From Paraphysomonas bandaiensis (lineage: Eukaryota; Protista; Chrysophyceae), in NCBI GenBank assembly GCA_965644295.1, contig CBFFRP010000363.1, positions 186,001 to 250,000 on the forward strand: a stretch of DNA of 64,000 bases, written 5' to 3'. The notes under the pieces are model-generated. The model ran no database searches. It had not been told where the DNA came from and saw only the letters and a program-made list of their open reading frames with translations. Positions 12,723 through 24,925 of this stretch are shown piece by piece. Numbering within the stretch: the first letter of the stretch is position 1; each line of letters begins with the position of its first letter. Both the position numbers and the translations under genes were made by a program.

Positions 12723-13317
12723 AATTTGTCAAAATTGTATTTTGTGTGTATACGACAACATTATCTAAGTGTGAGTTAGGCAATAGTGGTTGTGAACTGT
12801 TGCTCGAATGGTGTTAACTCTTCAGTACTATAAGCATACATACGTAGACTAGCATTCTCTCCGTCATTAACGGGACTACCTTTAAAAATAAAGCATCTAG
12901 ATTCTAAACATATATTGACAATGATATTAAATTTTTGAGGATGCTTGAATTTCTAAGGGAAGTAGGATGTCCGCCAAATGTGCGTATGAAGTAGACAGTA
13001 GACCTATTTAGAACATGAACATATATAGTATATACGTATAATATCTAAATTTTTAAGCGAATGACATCTAGACACCTTGAAAAGTGATATGTCTGCGTCC
13101 AAATTTGCGATGAAATTGTAGCTCCGAAAGCTATTCAAAAAGTCAATTAATTGTAATGCCAGCAATAGGATGCTTGGTTAATTATTTAATATCTCTCACC
13201 AATTATTGCCAATAATTATTGCGCAAGCCTGGTATTTATGCCTAATCGAAAGTCCTTCTCCAACGATTAATTGTATCGTTTTTATTTATAAACAACAAGC
13301 TGTATTTAAATGCTGAG

Positions 13318-14721
13318 CTATATCGTGGCAGTAGTCTGTTCTAATGCATACATGTAGACCTGGTCAGCTAGCTGTCCACAGAAGCTGTGGTAATCATAGT
13401 CTTCACTTGCTACGTCGTTAATATCACGATAGGCATTAAACGTGTTCAGTAAAATACAGCCAAACACAAACGAATCCTGCTGACCCCTCTTACCCCTTGT
13501 ACCTTTACCCCCATGCTTGTGTGGCCATATGCAGTGTTCGATCTGCTGATTAAATAACTCGCATACACCAAACTTTTTCTCAAATGCGTCAATGGCAGGG
13601 CGATGCTGCTGAGTACTTGGTCGAGAATATCGTGTGTATGCATTGCTCAAGGCTGTCCGAATCTCAGCATCATTTTCACCACGCTGAGGCTTATCACAGT
13701 ACTGCACAATGATCTCACCTGTATTTCTGTTATAAACGCCAGCACAGTCCCCCACCTTGCATAACTTTTGCTTCAGCATGTCAGTTTGAAGCTTGAATCG
13801 ATTAGGGTGGACGACTCCAATGTACTTCACATTTTGTTCATTCAAGTAATCCCTCGTTAAGCTGGAATAGTTTAAAGAATCAAATATAAGTAGTGTATCA
13901 ACATCTTTATCAATATACGGGCCGTCCATAACACGCTTACACCACGTTTGAACTGCACGAGAACATGTAAAAGACGCTTCGTCTAATTGATTAACATCAT
14001 GAAGATGGAAATGCATTAAATAGGGTAAGCCATTAGACAAAATAGATGCTAGATGGTAGAACCACAGCCCCACCCTATCAGGCTTGCTGAAAATTACACG
14101 AACCTTATCATTGTCAATAAGAAAGTGTAGCAACGTTTCGTCACCCACAACATAGGTACCAATATGTCTGACAATACTCATAAAATTAGAAGACAACTCC
14201 TCCAAATATGTGTTGTCAACCAAAAAATGGGACAGAACAAGTTCACAGCCGACGATTCCTATCATTTTGACGGCGTATTTCTCCTCAAAATATTTCTTGA
14301 ATGCTTGGATTTGAAGGCGCAAAGGACGGGTTTGTTCTCTAACATCATCGGGTGAACATTGTTCACCATAAATCCTAATTTTAATGGCCAACAAGCAATA
14401 TATCTTCTGTAAAGACAACCGAAGAAACCATCCATTGTAGTATTTGAGGTCATCTTCAGGAATATCTGATGCAATTTTGGTTACGAAATCAGGCGGAAGA
14501 AACTTCAAGAAAATTTCCAGAAGAGATGATTTTTGACTTTCTTTGTGTACATTAAAACACAGATGACGCTTCTCTTGTATTGCATGATGCCGCCTGAATG
14601 ACTCTTGGTTAAAATCAATCAAACGCCATGGTCTTGTTATTGTTTCGTTGGAGTTGGACTCCAGTTGCTGTGTATGCCTCCTCTTGGTCCCTTTCCTGTG
14701 CTGAGTTGCTCCTGTATTCAT
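13318..14721 (-). CDS. piggyBac transposase-derived protein (DDE_Tnp_1_7-like), possibly domesticated
   Basis: VVGDETLLHF, SKPDRVGLWF, LIFDSLNYSS, VKYIGVV, FGVCELFNQ and CILLNTFNAY follow the piggyBac motif order. Intact, intronless 467 aa. No TIR/TTAA ends recognised. Confidence 0.7.
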   Translation of the reverse strand: MNTGATQHRKGTKRRHTQQLESNSNETITRPWRLIDFNQESFRRHHAIQEKRHLCFNVHKESQKSSLLEIFLKFLPPDFVTKIASDIPEDDLKYYNGWFLRLSLQKIYCLLAIKIRIYGEQCSPDDVREQTRPLRLQIQAFKKYFEEKYAVKMIGIVGCELVLSHFLVDNTYLEELSSNFMSIVRHIGTYVVGDETLLHFLIDNDKVRVIFSKPDRVGLWFYHLASILSNGLPYLMHFHLHDVNQLDEASFTCSRAVQTWCKRVMDGPYIDKDVDTLLIFDSLNYSSLTRDYLNEQNVKYIGVVHPNRFKLQTDMLKQKLCKVGDCAGVYNRNTGEIIVQYCDKPQRGENDAEIRTALSNAYTRYSRPSTQQHRPAIDAFEKKFGVCELFNQQIEHCIWPHKHGGKGTRGKRGQQDSFVFGCILLNTFNAYRDINDVASEDYDYHSFCGQLADQVYMYALEQTTATI

Positions 14722-15235
14722 TGTTAGTTGTTAACAGTAGCAATCGATGTCAATTACCTGCACTTTAACTGAATATGTGACTGTCAAGTCAGCAGTGTTG
14801 GTGGAAGTGTCGTTAAACAAGTTCTTTGAAGGAGTCTACATGCATACAGCAAGATCCTACTACGATACATACAGTGTATACTTTACCGTATAATGGTACA
14901 CAGGTACACAGATACGGTTGTACTGTCGTACGTGTCCGGGTGTACACAGGGAGGGCAGGGAAATGTCCGTAAGAATTGTGCATGTACGGTTCGTGTACAT
15001 GTACATGTACAGCAGTATGTGTATGTGCGTGGATAGATGTATATACAGCCCATCCATATATACGTGCTTGCATTGATTGGGGAGCTGTTACGAGGGATGA
15101 AGCTGCGCATATGCACATGCACAGGGAAGAGATGCGCATACAATTAACTTCCAATGGTTGCAATTGAACACACTTCAGTTCATTTATAACCTCATAGCAT
15201 ATATCGATACGATTTCATATCAGTAAATACAGCTG

Positions 15236-16783
15236 ATGCAACAGATGCTGCGTCTGCTACTGGGCTATTGTGCCCTGCAGATGACCTATCTCACTACCGT
15301 TGCTTCGGCTAGCTCCTATACGATGCATGCAGCATACGATATGAGAGAAAATGCAAAGATTGTGTTCTATGAGAAAGCACAGCGAGATATGTATGCAGTG
15401 CTAACAGAGCAGACAGAGACAGCGACTTACGACATGACACTGTCAACTTTCTCCTCCGGATATATTGTTGGTAAGCTCTATTCGGATAGCTCTGATTGTT
15501 CTGGTAAGCCAGATACGGAATACGGTCAGTAGTTGATGTTTACCAATCATATTCTAACTTATGTTATCGCTTGGTTAGGTTTACAGCTAGGTAAATGTGT
15601 GGCACTTGACGGCAGCTCATTTCTCTACACATGTTCAACTGACGACAGTACTGGTGAAGTTGAACAGCTGATACATGTATATGAAGGAAGTTTGGAATGC
15701 GAGGGAACAGCATCGTCAGGTATAGTCGACACAACTAATGAGTGTGGAATGCATAATGATGGGGGCTCTTCAATGGCAACCTACTGCACTCATAGCACAG
15801 AGCCGTGGATATCTGCCGGTGGTGTATATGGAACCATGTGAGTTTCTTCTATAATGTGTCTAGTGTTTATGAGATCTACTATTAGAGGTTACAGTGATCT
15901 GTCAGAATGCGAACTTGGAGATGAGCAACACGCATACGACTACACTGCCACTCTACTGGGTCACTGCATTCGACTTTCGAATGGCGCGTCCGGTCGATTC
16001 AAGAGATGCAACGAAAAATCTGTGGTAATTGATTACTATTCAGATGCGCCAGATTGCTCTGGTGCGGAAAGTACTTACACAGAAGATCAAGAAAGTTGTG
16101 CCTTTCTAGACGATGACTACTATGGATATGGAGTTGTAGAAGCATACACTAACTATTGTGTTTCTGATCACGTAGACGATCAAAACTTATGCTTCCCAGG
16201 AGACAGTCTGGTGTTATTAGAATCGGGTGAACCTCAAGAAATATCAGCGGTGTCGATTGGTGACCGAGTCCTCTCTGTTGATTACTTGGGGAATATGGCG
16301 TTTGCAGACGTTGTGTTTGTACCACACAGCGGGAACAATAATACTGCAACATGTGTGACTATCAAGACAACCTCTGGTCATACAATCCGCATGACCAAAG
16401 GTCATTTGCTACCTGCAGGAAGCTGCACCGCTGCAAACACTTCATTCCCGTTTTTACGAGCGGATGAGGTTTATACTGGTATATGTGTTCACACTATACA
16501 GGGTGTTGAGAGAGTAATTTTTGTCTCACAATCCATCTGTATTGGAACATATACAATTGTGACTTCGCAGCCTAGTGGAATGGTAGTTGTAGATAATGTG
16601 GTGGCCTCCTCATTCGGCGTGAGTCATCTAGCCGTCAACTTGTATTACACACTGCACCGCAAGACCTATGACATTCTCAACTTTTTCGACATTGACACCT
16701 CCATGCTAAATTCCAGTATTATCGTACGGACCAACTCTTTCGTTGGTAACATATTTCTGGCTTTTGTTCATGCATTATATTAA
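15236..16783 (+). CDS. Secreted Cys-rich protein with C-terminal Hint (Hog-like) autoprocessing module (3 exons)
   Basis: Signal peptide; CFPGDSLVLLESG (Cys1 codon at 16190), VSIGDRVLS, IRMTKGHLL (TxxH), GTYTIVT..GMVVVDNVVASSF. Introns at about 15525-15578 and 15838-15884. Confidence 0.88.
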
Positions 16784-17673
16784 ACACATTTTTCAAATAC
16801 AGATCAGAATCAGAGTCGTTCTTTGCGTGACTTATTTTTATTAGTTATTACTGTGTGATACGTGACTCCTTTTATATGTTTCATGAGTTTCGTACGAAAA
16901 ATGTGAAGAAAGGTGGACGAGCCATTCTCACTTTCTGAACCCCCCCTCGTTTCCTTACAACGCATATTCCCATCTGTGATATTGTAATGTGAGGGGTAAT
17001 AAGTCTTGTAATGATGACATTAATTTATTTCTGTGGAACCATCGCCGTTGAAATTACATTTTATCGTAATCCCGTACGTATAATTGTATAAATAGTGCAT
17101 TGGCTTCATATGAGAAAGTAAGCAGGTAGAATATAGAATTTAGTTCGAAATGGTCGTATCGGCATCCTTTGTATATTTTTGTTCAAAGATGCCTCTAATA
17201 TTGAGACAACAATTATCTGTATTCCAGCCATAGTTGTATCTCAGTAATATAGAGTATTTTTTGCTTCAATTTGTTTTCGAAAACATATGATGCTGACTGC
17301 CGATACGTAAGAACCAATCAATATATTTAACAATATATTGCAATTCAATATATTGTTTCCTAGCCCTGGTAAGAAGTCTTGAGATTATAGATTAAGTGTG
17401 ATGCTAGTATCCTAGATTAGAAAATAATATGTACGAAATACATCGAAGTCAGAGCATAATTGGTACCAATACATATCTCCACCATCTAGCTGAAGCGAGC
17501 ATAATCAATAATAAATTCATAAATTCTCTTCGTTTAATAGGTATTCTAACAATTAACCAGTTAACCAGGCCTGTACCACTTACATGCTACAGAGAACATC
17601 AATTGACAAGCAAACAAACACTCACAGGCTGAACCACTGCTTATGTACAACTGTATAATTACAATGTAGAGTA

Positions 17674-20286
17674 CTAATCTGCTTTATGTTCATCCATACG
17701 ACCTACGCTCCCCTTGCTCACATTAGAAGGAGGACGGCCTGGTGGGCCCCTGGGTGGTGCTCTTGGGTGCATCGGCCTAGGTGGTGGAAGCACCCCTGGA
17801 GGTAGTCCCCTTGGTCGATTTCTCAGGGCAGGCGGAGGGTCACGAGGTGGAGGGATAGTGGCGTCTCCACCTCCATGTCCTGGTGGAGGTGGGCGAGACC
17901 TTGGAGGGGCGGGGCGGAAAGGTTGAGGTGGTTGAGAACCTCCGGTCGGGGGCATACGCTTTGGAGGGGATACGGTTTGCATCGTGTCACCGGCAATAGG
18001 TGGAGGTCGTCGGTTTCTTTTTTCCAACGGAGAAGGGGCAGAAGCCGAACTCTGTCTTGCTGGGGAAACAAAAGTAATATCACTGGTGCTTTTAGGTGGT
18101 TTCGTTGTTGCACTTTGAACATTCAGTGATGTATCTGACTTTCCGCTGGAACTGTGTTGCTTGCGGCTCTTCATTCCAGATGACGACGGCCGGCAAGATC
18201 CCACATTCGGTGTGATCGAATATGCACTGCTAGGCGACTCTTCGCTGCTTTCAGCGGTCTACAATCACCACGTGAATTGGTGAGAAATTATACCTTAAAA
18301 CTATACCTGACGCGAGTGTTTCGTAGGAGATGGTGAAGGAGCTACAAGGTACTATCAGAAAACCAAAATAAGTTAAATATTATCTTACCTGAGGTTGGAG
18401 GGGGACGAACACCACGAGGAGGAAAACTGATATCTGCTTCGGATTCTATATATAAACGCAATTAGCATAGTTTCCAGCAACATAGGTATCTCATAGTGCA
18501 CATATAATGAATCATCCGCTGTACCGACCTTGGTGTGCCTCACCACCAATCAGTGGCTGCTTCTCGTCATCGTTATCATCTCTACACATGGTATACATAA
18601 GATATTCTAGAATCCGATGAACAAAGCATTGGGGATATAAAAACATAACAGTAGCTTATGCTGTGTTCATATATCACACATACAAAAGCATTCAAATCAC
18701 CTTCGCGCGTCGAAAATATTTTTCGTAGAACTTTTCTGTGTAAATAAACAGCGAGTAAGTTACGAACAACACCACATTTAAAAGAAACGTAAAAGGCACG
18801 CAAGCTATAAGACGAGAAGGTCGTATACCTTTCTGGATAAGTTCTTGGACGATCCGAGGCCTTTGTTCCTGCTACGACTGGATGCAGTTCCTCCGACATC
18901 GTTGTTATATCCACCCTCCGATACACCTTTCTCGATATCATTCCACATGTTCCACAAATCCTTCTTTTCTTCTTCTTTCCTTGCTGCAAACACGAGAAGA
19001 GACCCAATAACTTTAAGACTCTGTACACAGTACACACATCCTAACTAGAACTGCTACATACCGGTAGCAATAACTTGAGCCTCCATTTGAATAGCTTTAA
19101 TCTCTTGCTCTGGTATCTTTATCATGTCACTAAAAGCAAACGTAAATCTTTAATGTACCTTCCTTCAACCAAGCACTAATGCAAGGAAATAACAACATAC
19201 GCATGTATATATGCACGCATTTCGATTGCCAAGATGTGGTGCCGACTTACCGCACCGGCAAAGACCCGTCTGCCCCATCCCATGCGCTACCATATATTTG
19301 CCTATATCAGCAAAACTGTTCAGCTTCGAATGAGTTTAATCTGTACATAGCAATAACATTTCCGGAATAGTATCCACGGTCAAAATAACATTATTAACCA
19401 CTAACATAAATAGTGGTCAATTCCACATGAAAAGTAGCGCACAAGCGGCACTGACAACAACTACACTACTCTCCAACCTGCCCTTGGAGTTAAACCTTTC
19501 AACTCTGTCCTCCACAGACGCTGCAATATCCCTACGCGTCTGTATTTCAGTTCTCTTACGCCGCATATTCGTCAATTTCGCCTACAACAAATGTCCCATA
19601 ATGGCAGTTCACATAATTGATTTATCAAACCCACCTTCATACGATCTATTCTCCCCATAATGGTTCGTTCCCTGTCCTGTACCCTCTCCACTCGTATTTC
19701 TTCTAGCTCAAGAGACGAGAACATCGGGTTGTATGGACATATACGCTTCACCAGATACATACATGTGAAGAACAGAACGCCGATGAGAGCCGCCAAGAAT
19801 ACAACTGCAGTGGTGAGCATTAGAATCTCTCGCATATGTTACATCAATAACACATGTGCTCCAGAGCATACATATAACCCACATCATGCAGAGCCCACCG
19901 CACATATAAAGGCAATCAAACATATAAGGTCCACAGCTCATAGAGCCTGTATCGAACAGCGTCTACAGCACATACAGTCTGTAGTATGAATAGTCTGTGG
20001 TACAATAATGACTATACGGCATATACCACACAGCTCACAGGGCCTCTATCAAATGGTGCATACAGTCACTGCATCTACTCCACGTATTGTATGTATGACA
20101 TGGCATATGGTCAATGGAGCGGTGTGATATGTACTCACAGGTGCCCTTGCGCTCCTCACTCTGTCTGTTGTACTGCCTCCTCTCCCTTGACAGAGCCTGC
20201 GCGTGAACTGATGATAATGTACAGAGTACCCATACGAAGAGCAGCAGAGGATCAAAAGGAAAGAAAGTGGCTAATCTCATCGCCAT
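17674..20286 (-). CDS. Hypothetical multi-exon membrane protein with signal peptide, TM segment and Pro-rich C-terminus
   Basis: N-terminal hydrophobic leader, TM ILMLTTAVVFLAALIGVLFFTCMYLV, many short coding pieces bounded by GT/AG, last exon rich in PPP/RPP. Exact exon phases not resolved. Confidence 0.6.
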
Positions 20287-20330
20287 AACATACAATTTAA
20301 ACTAACTTACGTACCAGTGAGAATAACGCA

Positions 20331-20572
20331 CACATACATGCATACATACATACATACATACATACATACATACATACATACATACATACATACATACATA
20401 CATACATACATACATACATACATACATACATACATACATACATACATACATACATACATACATACATACATACATACATACATACATACATACATACATA
20501 CATACATACATACATACATACATACATACATACATACATACATACATACATGCATACATACATACATGCATA
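20331..20572. repeat. (ATAC)n microsatellite, about 60 units
   Basis: Near-perfect array with a few ATGC variants at the ends. Confidence 0.99.
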
Positions 20573-20816
20573 CTACAGCCGTATGTTTGGTTTAACGAAT
20601 GAAAAACCTTCCTAGGAGTAATCATTATTTTGATTGGTGTATGTGTGCGGTGCCTCTGGTCCCTGTGTTTTATATCGCACACTGCCTGTGATCTATTCTA
20701 ACTGTAACTATCTTTGGCCACATATCTTCTAATCTTAGAGTATCATCAACTGATTACCATGTACATGTTGTCATTATATCCACCTATTAGTTTTTATTTC
20801 ACACAGCGTATACAGT

Positions 20817-21581
20817 ATGTATGTAATGAGTCTGTTTGCAGCCACACCGGCTCCCATCTCTCCTCTAGAGGAGTCCCCTGAAACGAATTCATCTCATCGT
20901 AGTCATCGACGAAACAGTCGACGTGGAAGCAACAGTAGCCGCCGTAACAGTCTCAGCCTGCGAGGTAAAACTGATGAAGACGAACGATATCTGAGCTACT
21001 CAAAACGACTGACACCAGGACAGAACCTCAAGAGAACAATTACCACATCAAGCCTCACACTCTTTCAGTGCTGGTTTGTTGTATTACCGAAGGATGAAAA
21101 CGGTGAGGTGTTAGTGCAGGATCTCATTAATCGGCTTCATGCAGCAGCAGTTTTAAGAAGTCCCGAAGATGATGAGGAGTTCAAGCGTGCTTGTTCTGGG
21201 CCGCGCATATCTTTTGATTCTTTTATTGAAGCCCTTGCTGTTTCTAAAGTTTATGAACGAAGCCGCTGTCGAGATGCGAAGCTGGCAGACGAAAAATTGA
21301 TTATTGTCCCGGAGAAAAAGGGCCGCCGCAAGGCTAGTATCGCGGAATATTTTGACCCAGATAACATCTCCAGGCGGAGAAGTAACAGCGTCATTGAGCT
21401 ATTAAAATTGTCTCGTGGGGGAGCATCTGTTGGATCTGACAAAGTGAAGACTTATGACGTCAAGCGTGAGATACCATCACCTGCGCCGGTCGAAAAAAAG
21501 CCGCAGGTTGTATCAGTGTCGACAGCTTTCTTCACCCGTGAAAAAATGGGACGTATTGGGAAGAATAAGTTCGTCTTTTAA
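20817..21581 (+). CDS. Hypothetical protein, Arg/Ser-rich with possible degenerate EF-hand pair
   Basis: 254-aa intronless ORF with several RRxS motifs; DENGEVLVQDL and RISFDSFIEAL resemble EF-hand loops. Confidence 0.65.
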   Translation: MYVMSLFAATPAPISPLEESPETNSSHRSHRRNSRRGSNSSRRNSLSLRGKTDEDERYLSYSKRLTPGQNLKRTITTSSLTLFQCWFVVLPKDENGEVLVQDLINRLHAAAVLRSPEDDEEFKRACSGPRISFDSFIEALAVSKVYERSRCRDAKLADEKLIIVPEKKGRRKASIAEYFDPDNISRRRSNSVIELLKLSRGGASVGSDKVKTYDVKREIPSPAPVEKKPQVVSVSTAFFTREKMGRIGKNKFVF

Positions 21582-22170
21582 AACACTATTGCTAACTGGC
21601 GCTTATAGAAATAAATAAATTTGTAGATCTTTTCAGTGTTGGAAATGTACTCGTGCAGTCTTTTATGAATTTAAAGTCAACATCACCAGCTGACTGCCGA
21701 TATTGCTATTTTGTATTGAGATATTATTGAATGATTCAATCACACGAAATAATCGTATATAATGGATGGTATTTTCATATTTTTTTTATAGTTTGCCCTT
21801 TTAAACAGATATATTGAATATTAAAATTCAATTGTGATCATACATCTCACGAAATGGCTAAACACTGTAAACTCTACGAGGACTACATCTGACACGTAGT
21901 AATTTTACGCACTATGTGTGAATATTGAATATGACTTTATGTTCATAACATTCTAGATGTAAAAAGTATAGTTGTAGATTACTCTTCACTCTTCAAACAG
22001 CAGACACCAACCCACAAAATCAAATTGCACATGCACTACTTTCCAGCAAAGGTAGGAACACTTCAAGAAAAACTTTATCCTACAATCATATTTATATATT
22101 TAAGTTTGTGTGTAGCACACATTAAAAGCGCTCTACATAGAGGCAGTCGTACTACTGAATCTTACATGCA

Positions 22171-24040
22171 TTATGGGGATGTACTCCCATAACTCGTCCT
22201 CTTGTTGTCTTTACTGGTGGTATAAGTTCTCATCACAACGGATCCATCCTTACAAATTGCAGGCGACTGAGAGCCAACTGGAGCCATCTGGACAAACATA
22301 GAGTAAAATGTGCGCATAATGATTTTACTGTATCAGTTATACAATTTGAAGTGTAAATATTTATTCATGCCATGGAAAATGTACTTGATATGTAAGCAAA
22401 CTTATTCCTACCTCATGGTCCATGTCCTGGGAGAGAGGAGAATATTGTCCCTTAAAGCATCTATCACACCCTCCATTGCACATCGTAAATATAAGAGCTG
22501 ATACAAATACCATAAAAGAGGAGACACTGGTGAGTATCCAGAAATCCTCCGGGTTAGGGAAGGCAACAGCAATAAGATAAGAAGATAGATCGAAAAATGC
22601 AGTCAGAGAGCGCCATTTGCCATTCACAATTCCTCGATGAGATTCAACGATAGTCTCCTGGGCTATTTGGCGGGCACAGAGGTCAAAAAGCCACAGACCA
22701 ACACGAGACATCAGCTGAAATATACAAATAGTAAGAATATACATTAGCTATTGACATCTCTGCATATTAGAAATAAACAGTGCTAAGGTAACCGTTGTAC
22801 ATACCACGGCAACGACCATGAGGGTAACACCCTTTAAAGAATCAAGATATAGAATTCCCCATGCAGCTGTAGCCACTAATGCGCACTGCCACCATATGGA
22901 AAACATTGCAGAGGGAATGAGTCCAAACGTTCTCCGCGCATACGGATAAAGCCAAGCACCTGAGGGTAAAGCAGTCAACAATGTAGGCCACTGAAATTGT
23001 TGAACAGAACCTCATAACGTATCATTTCACACTAGAAGTCGAATAACATGTGTCAAATACAGAATAATCTAGTACTCACCTGAGAATCCCGAAAGTGCCG
23101 CTATACCTCTGGCAAGACCTATCCAGTGATCTTCCACTCCCCACCACTTGAGATACACGACCATCAGAGAGCTGAAGGAGAGAACTGTAAGATAAAGGCA
23201 TGAGTATGCAACCATTGCTCCAGCACATCCGCTCCCAAGTAGTGTACTCTTGTCTGCAATAGGACTTGCAGACGGAGGTGAGCTCGTCACGCTGCTGACG
23301 TCATCTGCCGAGGATATGTGAATCGGTGCAGGGGCGGGAACAGGGACTGTAGTAGCCTCAGAGGTGCCAGGTTTGACAGCGAGCCCAGGCCAAGAAGAGT
23401 ACAGCCTATCCAGAAAGATGTACAGGCCAAATACAGTAACAGCATTTAGCGCGAGCAGCACAATAGCCACGATTCGGTATGAGAAAAAGGAGAAAATCAA
23501 ACCCGTTAAAACTGGAGCCACTGCGTTACATGCGAGATCAATTTGCGTCATGACTGAGTTCGTTGATGACAGCCAATCGGTGTCGCCACCTGATAGAACA
23601 ACAACCCAGTCTTTCTCGATGGACATAGTTACCATTGCAAACGATAGGTTGGCGAGTGCGCAGACAATAGGGATGCTATATATCTGGTAGTTACTGACGG
23701 TATTGATACCGTCCTTTGAGTACGACAGCATCTGGGCACAAAGAGCATACCCAACAGATACAGACACCACTTTAACTAGTAGAGCAATCTTCATTGCATA
23801 CAAACGGTCACTTTTATCAAACCACACTCCGATACTAGAAGAGAATAGAAACACACTGGAGGAAGACAGCAGACCCGCCAATGCAACTATAAAGAGAGAA
23901 TTGCCTGTCAGCTGAGCAACCAATAGGATGATTCCAATATCCCACATCCTCGACACAAAGGCGAAGAAGGAGTGCATGATGTACATCACATAAGTGCTCT
24001 GGAATGGAGCTCCACTGCTACTTATCACACTCTCTACCAT
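22171..24040 (-). CDS. Ferroportin (SLC40/FPN1 family) iron exporter (4 exons)
   Basis: SRMWDIGIILL, SIEKDWVVVLS, TNSVMTQIDL, LYLTVLSFS, SRVGLWLFDL, QIAQE, RGIVNG. Last exon ends at TAA 22171. Confidence 0.92.
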
Positions 24041-24156
24041 AGCTATTGTCAATATCTATAGGGGTATGTGACAATTAAAGAGGGCAGGTATATAGAGCAC
24101 CAATAATATGAACCAACACAACACACAAACATGTGATACCCACCATATCATATAAG

Positions 24157-24760
24157 ATACATACATACATACATACATACATACATACATACATACATAC
24201 ATACATACATACATACATACATACATACATACATACATACACACATACCTACATGTACTTGCATACATACATACATACATACATACATACATACATACAT
24301 ACATACATACATACATACATACATACATACATACATACATACATACATACATACATACATACATACATACATACATACATACATACATACATACATACAT
24401 ACATACATACATACATACATACATACATACATACATACATACATACATACATACATACATACATACATACATACATACATACATACATACATACATACAT
24501 ACATACATACATACATACATACATACATACATACATACATACATACATACATACATACATACATACATACATACATACATACATACATACATACATACAT
24601 ACATACATACATACATACATACATACATACATACATACATACATACATACATACATACATACATACATACATACATACATACATACATACATACATACAT
24701 ACATACATACATACATACATACATACATACATACATACATACATACATACATACATACAT
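24157..24760. repeat. (ATAC)n microsatellite, about 150 units, with one interruption at about 24241-24262
   Basis: Direct reading. Confidence 0.99.
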
Positions 24761-24925
24761 GCATACGTACATGGGTTGGCTGTGTGTATCTATATGTGGA
24801 TTTGTGGTATGAGAATTGTGCTCAGCACTCGAATTATTCCACAGTTTGAATACTTATTTCACGTCTATCTCTCCTCAATCTGATTGTGGTCATAATGCTC
24901 ATCATTTCTGATATATTCGATCCTG

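Noticed and set aside
19700-20140. RING finger or selenocysteine read-through in the Cys-rich part of the hypothetical membrane gene
   Set aside because: Cys spacing does not fit RING. The in-frame TGAs are more simply explained by unresolved introns, and no SECIS was identified.
9381-24849. Long MYVC/YIHT ORFs at 9.4-10.0, 20.3-20.7 and 24.1-24.8 kb
   Set aside because: Translations of (ATAC)n microsatellites, which lack stop codons in every frame.
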